DNA of 10,441 nucleotides from a virus (Duplodnaviria; Heunggongvirae; Uroviricota; Caudoviricetes): IMG/VR virus record IMGVR_UViG_2681813269_000009; one strand, 5' to 3'. Shown piece by piece: positions 7,103 to 10,441 of this stretch (position 1 is its first letter; each line of letters starts with the position of its first letter). The notes under the pieces were generated by a model. It saw only the letters and a program-made list of their open reading frames with translations, ran no database searches and was not told where the DNA came from. The position numbers and the translations under genes were made by a program.

Positions 7103-7179
7103 GCGTTGTTAGCTCAGCCGGACAGAGCAATTGCCTTCTAAGCAATCGGTCACTGGTTCGAATCCAGTACAGCGCGCCA
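7103..7179 (+). tRNA. tRNA-Arg (anticodon TCT)
   Basis: Acceptor gcgttgt / acagcgc (one G-U pair), anticodon stem attgc / gcaat with loop ctTCTaa, T-arm actgg-ttcgaat-ccagt, discriminator g, CCA. Confidence 0.8.
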
Positions 7180-7316
7180 TATTCATTCTTCCAGATTCCT
7201 TCCGGCAGAGCCTTATACTGAAATATACCTGGCTCAGGATATTGTTGAAAATATTTTATGTTTGTCAAAAATAAAAGTTCTGTTAAGTATTGATTGAGTG
7301 TTTGTTATACGGTCTA

Positions 7317-7643
7317 ATGGTTTTTTCAGCATTAAATATTTATCATTCATATGGTGTGGGTAGAGTGAATATTGATGAGGCGTCGGGGTGTTTCATCCTT
7401 AGGCAGCGTATTGATATAGTCAATGCAGCACGAGCAAAGGCCTTCAGCCGTTTGACAGTTTTGTTCTGTACTCCTGATCGTCTTTCGGGAAGAGACGTTA
7501 TTATTCTGAATAGTGATGCTATACAGAGGGTTTGCGATGAGTTCATGGTTGCTAATTCAGAATTATTTGCTCTTGTTCAGGAGTACAACAGAATAGCCAG
7601 GACCTGTGGTATGGATGAACTTCGGATTACTCATCTGGGGTAG
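7317..7643 (+). CDS. Hypothetical protein (108 aa from the first ATG), cargo ORF downstream of the tRNA island
   Basis: Only sizeable ORF in the AT-rich segment after the tRNAs. No convincing SD for ATG 7317 or for the TTG at 7290 or internal GTGs. No family recognised. Confidence 0.3.
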   Translation: MVFSALNIYHSYGVGRVNIDEASGCFILRQRIDIVNAARAKAFSRLTVLFCTPDRLSGRDVIILNSDAIQRVCDEFMVANSELFALVQEYNRIARTCGMDELRITHLG

Positions 7644-7821
7644 ATACATATCTGGATTATCACCTGTTACGGTAAAAAGTGATTGCTTACTGTTTTTGTG
7701 AATGGCATTGCAGCAGCCGGATAATGTCAGTGCTGGCTGACGGTGTGCTGGTGGCGGGTGTGGTGGTTGTTGCTTTCCCGTTGCTGAAAAAGAAAACGCC
7801 AGACTGTTAGCCGGGTATCAG

Positions 7822-7908
7822 TTAGCGGGAGAAATTTTTAAATACTTCACAATTCAGGCGGTTGACTGTTGTCTGGTTTGCGGGGAGTTTGTTAAAAGAA
7901 ACTGGCAT
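7822..7908 (-). CDS. Candidate small ORF (28 aa), MPVSFNKLPANQTTVNRLNCEVFKNFSR, encoded in repeat R80 copy 1
   Basis: ATG at 7908 (minus strand) to TAA at 7822-7824. The paralogous frame in copy 2 (ATG at 8038) is preceded by an AGGGGG SD and differs by three synonymous and two non-synonymous codon changes. Confidence 0.3.
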   Translation of the reverse strand: MPVSFNKLPANQTTVNRLNCEVFKNFSR

Positions 7909-7914
7909 GGTGAA
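7835..7914. repeat. R80 repeat, copy 1
   Basis: About 93% identical to 7963-8043. Ends ...gtttgttaaaagaaactggcatggtgaa at the gap. Confidence 0.7.
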
Positions 7915-7956
7915 NNNNNNNNNNNNNNNNNNNNNNNNNNNNNNNNNNNNNNNNNN
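7915..7956. other. Assembly gap (42 N)
   Basis: Run of N. Confidence 1.
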
Positions 7957-7962
7957 GGCCTT

Positions 7963-8043
7963 TTTTTTAAATGTCTCACAATTCAGACGGTTGACAGTTG
8001 TCTGTTTTGCGGGGAGTTTGTTAAAAGAAACTGGCATGGTGAA
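7963..8043. repeat. R80 repeat, copy 2
   Basis: Diverged tandem copy of 7835-7914. Preceded by ggccTTTTTTTT (possible terminator tail emerging from the gap) and joined directly to R140. Confidence 0.7.
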
Positions 8044-8183
8044 TCCCCCTGTGCGGAGGGGCAATCAGCGAGTAGGTATATGGGATAATCGCGGATTCAG
8101 GTGCTGGTACTGAATTCACCGGGAGGCACCCGGCATCATGCAATGGCACATAGCGCCACTCTCCAGCCCTCTCCGGAGGGGCT
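8044..8183. repeat. R140 repeat, copy A (GC-rich, hairpin-rich, terminator-like 3' end)
   Basis: Near-identical to 9512-9653 (one substitution, one 1-nt indel). Contains stems cccct / agggg and ccctc-tccg-gaggg followed by TTTT. Confidence 0.7.
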
Positions 8184-8415
8184 TTTCTGTGCCGGATACA
8201 TCACAGTTTCTGGAACCTTAGGTACTACAGTATCAGTCAGGGTGCTATATTTTCAGATGTGATGAAAGCCTGTCAGCAGGCAGGGCGTATCGGAAATGAC
8301 CCAGTAGAGAAAACGTTGACTCAGATACCGGTGCTGAGTTACCGGGAAACCGGCATCACATGACCGCTATCCTGAGGTGTACTGGCAATAGCGGACACTA
8401 CCATTTGTTCTTTTT

Positions 8416-9234
8416 TTAAGCAGCCATCTGATGATATTTTTCCCTGAAGGCTGCCGGGGAGATATTCCCCAGACGAGAGTGACGACGCTGACGATTGTAG
8501 AAAATCTCAATGTATTCCCGTATTACTGAGATGGCTTCATCCCGGTTATTAAAACGATAGTGGCTCAGGCTCTCATTTTTCAGCGTTCCCCAGAAGCTTT
8601 CCATCGGAGCGTTGTCGTAACAGTTACCTTTACGCGACATTGATGTTTTCAGACCAGACTGCTCCTGTATGACCCGGTAATCGTATGCGCAGTACTGTGA
8701 ACCTCGATCAGAGTGGTGGATTAGCCCGGCAGGTGGGCGCTGGCTCCTGAGCGCCATAAACAGGGCTTTACCTGTCAGCTCTTTTGTCATGCGCTCTCCC
8801 ATGGCGTAGCCGACAATTTCGCACGTATAAACATCTTTGATGCCAGCGAGGTACAACCATCCCTCCTGTGTGGCAACATACGTCAGGTCCGCCACCCAGA
8901 CCTGATTTGGTGCTGTAGGAGCGAACGTCTGGTTCAGCAGATTTGGCGCAACTGGCAGATTGTGGTTCGAGTTCGTAGTCGCTCTGAACTTGCGTTTCTG
9001 CTTACAGCGTAGCCTTAGCTCCTTACGAAGACGTGCCAGTCGGTCACGACCAACGATGATGCCATTCTCTGCCAGCTCCGTCTGGAGCCGCCGGGTTCCA
9101 TATGTTTCGCGAGTGCGGATATGTGCCACCTTAATCTCCAGTTTTAGCCGCTCATCACTTTGTTTTCTGTCTGAGGGTTCATGCTGTACCCAGTTGTAAT
9201 AACCGCTCCTGGATACACCAAATACCTGACACAT
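8416..9234 (-). CDS. IS3-family transposase OrfB (DDE integrase-like catalytic domain)
   Basis: DDE motifs VWVADLTYV, HHSDRGSQY and NAPMESFWGTLKNE. Probably expressed as an OrfAB fusion by -1 frameshift, so the true N-terminus lies upstream of the track's Met. Confidence 0.85.
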   Translation of the reverse strand: MCQVFGVSRSGYYNWVQHEPSDRKQSDERLKLEIKVAHIRTRETYGTRRLQTELAENGIIVGRDRLARLRKELRLRCKQKRKFRATTNSNHNLPVAPNLLNQTFAPTAPNQVWVADLTYVATQEGWLYLAGIKDVYTCEIVGYAMGERMTKELTGKALFMALRSQRPPAGLIHHSDRGSQYCAYDYRVIQEQSGLKTSMSRKGNCYDNAPMESFWGTLKNESLSHYRFNNRDEAISVIREYIEIFYNRQRRHSRLGNISPAAFREKYHQMAA

Positions 9235-9269
9235 CGCTTCAATGGGAAATTGTTGTCGCCATTGTTCGA

Positions 9270-9500
9270 TTAACGCGTATTTTTCAGCGACTCCTGTGCA
9301 AAATACGCTGTTGCTTTTTTTAATATATCTCGCTCAAGGCGAGCTTCATTTAACGCCTTACGCAGTTGCAGAATTTCAGATTCCAGTTCAGCCACCGTGC
9401 GGGAACCAGGAGTACCGAGCCCTTTTCTGGCGGCGGTAACCCATTGTCCTAAAGTGCCTTCAGGAAGAGATAATCGGGAAGCGCCTTCACTGATCGAAAG
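9270..9500 (-). CDS. IS3-family transposase OrfA (HTH, leucine-zipper), N-terminus missing in gap
   Basis: LSLPEGTLGQWV helix-turn-helix and LESEILQLRKALNEARLERDILKKATAYF motif typical of IS3 OrfA. Slippery run at 9314-9321. Track residues upstream of the N run derive from R140 and are not part of OrfA. Confidence 0.75.
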   Translation of the reverse strand, partial: LSISEGASRLSLPEGTLGQWVTAARKGLGTPGSRTVAELESEILQLRKALNEARLERDILKKATAYFAQESLKNTR

Positions 9501-9511
9501 NNNNNNNNNNN
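9501..9511. other. Assembly gap (11 N)
   Basis: Run of N inside the IS. Confidence 1.
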
Positions 9512-9653
9512 TCCCCCTGTGCGGAGGGGCAATCAGCGAGTAGGTATATGGGATAATCGCGGATTCAGGTGCTGGTACTGAATTCACCGGGAGGCACCCG
9601 GCACCATGCAATGGCACATAGCGCCACTCTCCAGCCCCTCTCCGGAGGGGCTG
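9512..9653. repeat. R140 repeat, copy B
   Basis: See 8044-8183. Begins immediately after the gap. Confidence 0.7.
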
Positions 9654-9687
9654 TTTATATTGATTTTGTCAGATGTGAGTAAACTCC

Positions 9688-10023
9688 TTATGGACTTTGT
9701 TGTTTTAGTCCATAAGGACATATTTGCAGAGTGCAACGGTTATTAAAGCATTCATTCAATACGTTATCTGTATTTGTAGGGCATTCCTGGCTATTTTTGA
9801 TTGAATTCCAGAATGTTTTATTGAATGGTACTACGTTGTAAATGGTTACAGGTAGCACTTTGTTATTGAGCATGATGCCTGTGTGAGTCAGTGTAAATAT
9901 ACTTTCAGGAGGTAAGAAAGCATCCGATTGATACCAGATTATTAATTTTATTTTACTCCATATGACTGAAAAAGATATTCCGCATGATGGCTGGATAACT
10001 GTATCAATCACAATCCACTTCAT
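9688..10023 (-). CDS. Hypothetical protein (111 aa) in AT-rich island
   Basis: ATG at 10023 (minus strand) with SD AAGGAA about 6 nt upstream. Long ORF in about 33% GC DNA. A 12-bp perfect hairpin (9685-9718) overlaps the stop. Only non-IS gene on the minus strand. No family recognised. Confidence 0.5.
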   Translation of the reverse strand: MKWIVIDTVIQPSCGISFSVIWSKIKLIIWYQSDAFLPPESIFTLTHTGIMLNNKVLPVTIYNVVPFNKTFWNSIKNSQECPTNTDNVLNECFNNRCTLQICPYGLKQQSP

Positions 10024-10283
10024 TTAGTTTCCTTGTTTATGCCTTGCTGGTGATGTTCTGAAAAGTATAAATGATATTTTTGAATGTAAACCATAGAGCA
10101 GAATTATTTTTCTGATGTTGTTTATTGTTTATTTAAATGCAGGGTGGTTTATATCTCGTCTTGTAGTTTATCCATGCATATCTGCTTGATAATCAGGTTT
10201 TTATTTAAGGTATGGTTTTGTGTTTTTTCTGTATTACATGTCAGGTATTTTAAAGAATTATTTTTCAGATGGTGGAAAGAACC

Positions 10284-10410
10284 ATGGCATTTAAACACTA
10301 TGATGTTGTCAGGGCGGCGCCGCCGTCAGATCTTGCGGAAAAGCTGACACATAAACTGAAAGAGGGCTGGCAGCCGTTTGGTAGTCCGGTGGCCATAACC
10401 CCTTATACCC
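10284..10410 (+). pseudogene. DUF1737-like small phage protein, 3' end interrupted by IS copy 2
   Basis: MAFKHYDVVRAAPPSDLAEKLTHKLKEGWQPFGSPVAITPYT matches the remembered DUF1737 pattern (Y.vv ... psdL ... GWqP.GsP). SD ggtggaaag. The frame runs into the IS terminus at 10411. Confidence 0.45.
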
Positions 10411-10441
10411 TGAGGTGTACTGGCAATAGCGGACACTACCA
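10411..10441 (-). mobile_element. IS3-family insertion sequence, copy 2 (terminus only, cut by window end)
   Basis: Identical to 8373-8403 over 31 bp, same orientation. Confidence 0.7.

Larger units (their letters stand above)
8373..9500 (-). mobile_element. IS3-family insertion sequence, copy 1 (5' part lost in gap)
   Basis: Terminal repeat TGAGGTGTACTGGCAATAGCGGACACTACCA at 8373-8403, resembling IS3-group ends. Encodes OrfA and OrfB with an A7G slippery site. The same terminus recurs at 10411. Confidence 0.8.

Noticed and set aside
6759-7268. ORFs 6759-7268(-), 6800-7006(-) and 6822-7019(+) that run across the N gap
   Set aside because: They are artefacts of translating through N runs and tRNA genes.
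7343-7546. Minus-strand ORF of 67 aa inside the cargo ORF
   Set aside because: No RBS and it overlaps the plus-strand ORF; neither frame is strongly supported, so the longer one was kept as tentative.
7835-8043. Whether the R80 direct repeats are a CRISPR array
   Set aside because: There are only two copies, they are diverged rather than identical, about 80 bp long, without regular spacers, and no cas genes are present.
7862-8113. Plus-strand ORF of 83 aa across R80, the gap and R140
   Set aside because: It spans an N run and repeat boundaries, and its frame is not conserved between the two repeat copies.
8110-8190. Small ORF MQWHIAPLSSPLRRGFSVPDTSQFLEP inside R140 copy A
   Set aside because: The frame is broken by the 1-nt indel in copy B and the SD is poorly spaced.
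8245-8372. Short ORFs reading into the IS terminus (MKACQQAGRIGNDPVEKTLTQIPVLSYRETGIT; MTAILRCTGNSGHY...)
   Set aside because: Too short and no RBS; the latter is only read-through into the IS inverted repeat.
8960-9439. Plus-strand ORFs 8960-9199 and 9242-9439
   Set aside because: They are antisense to the IS transposase genes.
7180-10283. Shiga toxin genes stxA/stxB at the canonical position after the tRNA island
   Set aside because: No frame shows the Stx A-subunit or B-subunit features, so the slot is treated as stx-negative.
10144-10347. Plus-strand ORF of 67 aa in the AT-rich island
   Set aside because: It relies on a non-ATG start, has highly unusual composition (Cys, Phe, Arg, Trp) and overlaps the better-supported DUF1737-like frame.

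Overview
This window reads as the nin-to-late-regulatory region of a lambdoid (Qin/933W-like) prophage from an enterobacterial draft assembly, with three runs of N (6834-6982, 7915-7956, 9501-9511). On the plus strand the order is: small membrane ORF, HNH endonuclease, acidic hypothetical, possible DUF551 protein, 27-aa peptide, hok-family type I toxin with its own promoter, terminator and fold-back elements, rem-position ORF, DUF968 (YdfU-like) protein, RusA resolvase, Q antiterminator, PR'-tR' module, small HTH-like ORF, orphan DNA amino-methyltransferase, then a tRNA island (Ile2-CAT, Arg-TCG, Arg-TCT) that is partly duplicated with one degenerate tRNA-like copy. Downstream, in the slot where Stx phages carry stx, no toxin gene is recognisable. 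That slot instead holds a weakly supported ORF, two diverged ~80-bp tandem repeats carrying a small minus-strand ORF, a ~140-bp repeat in two copies, two same-orientation copies of an IS3-family element, and a ~33% GC island with a reverse-strand 111-aa ORF. A DUF1737-like gene is cut by the second IS copy at the window edge. The candidates for something undescribed are the 111-aa island ORF, the cargo-slot ORF and the repeat-encoded 28-aa ORF; none can be assigned a function from sequence alone. All family assignments are from reading motifs and recalled synteny, not from searches.
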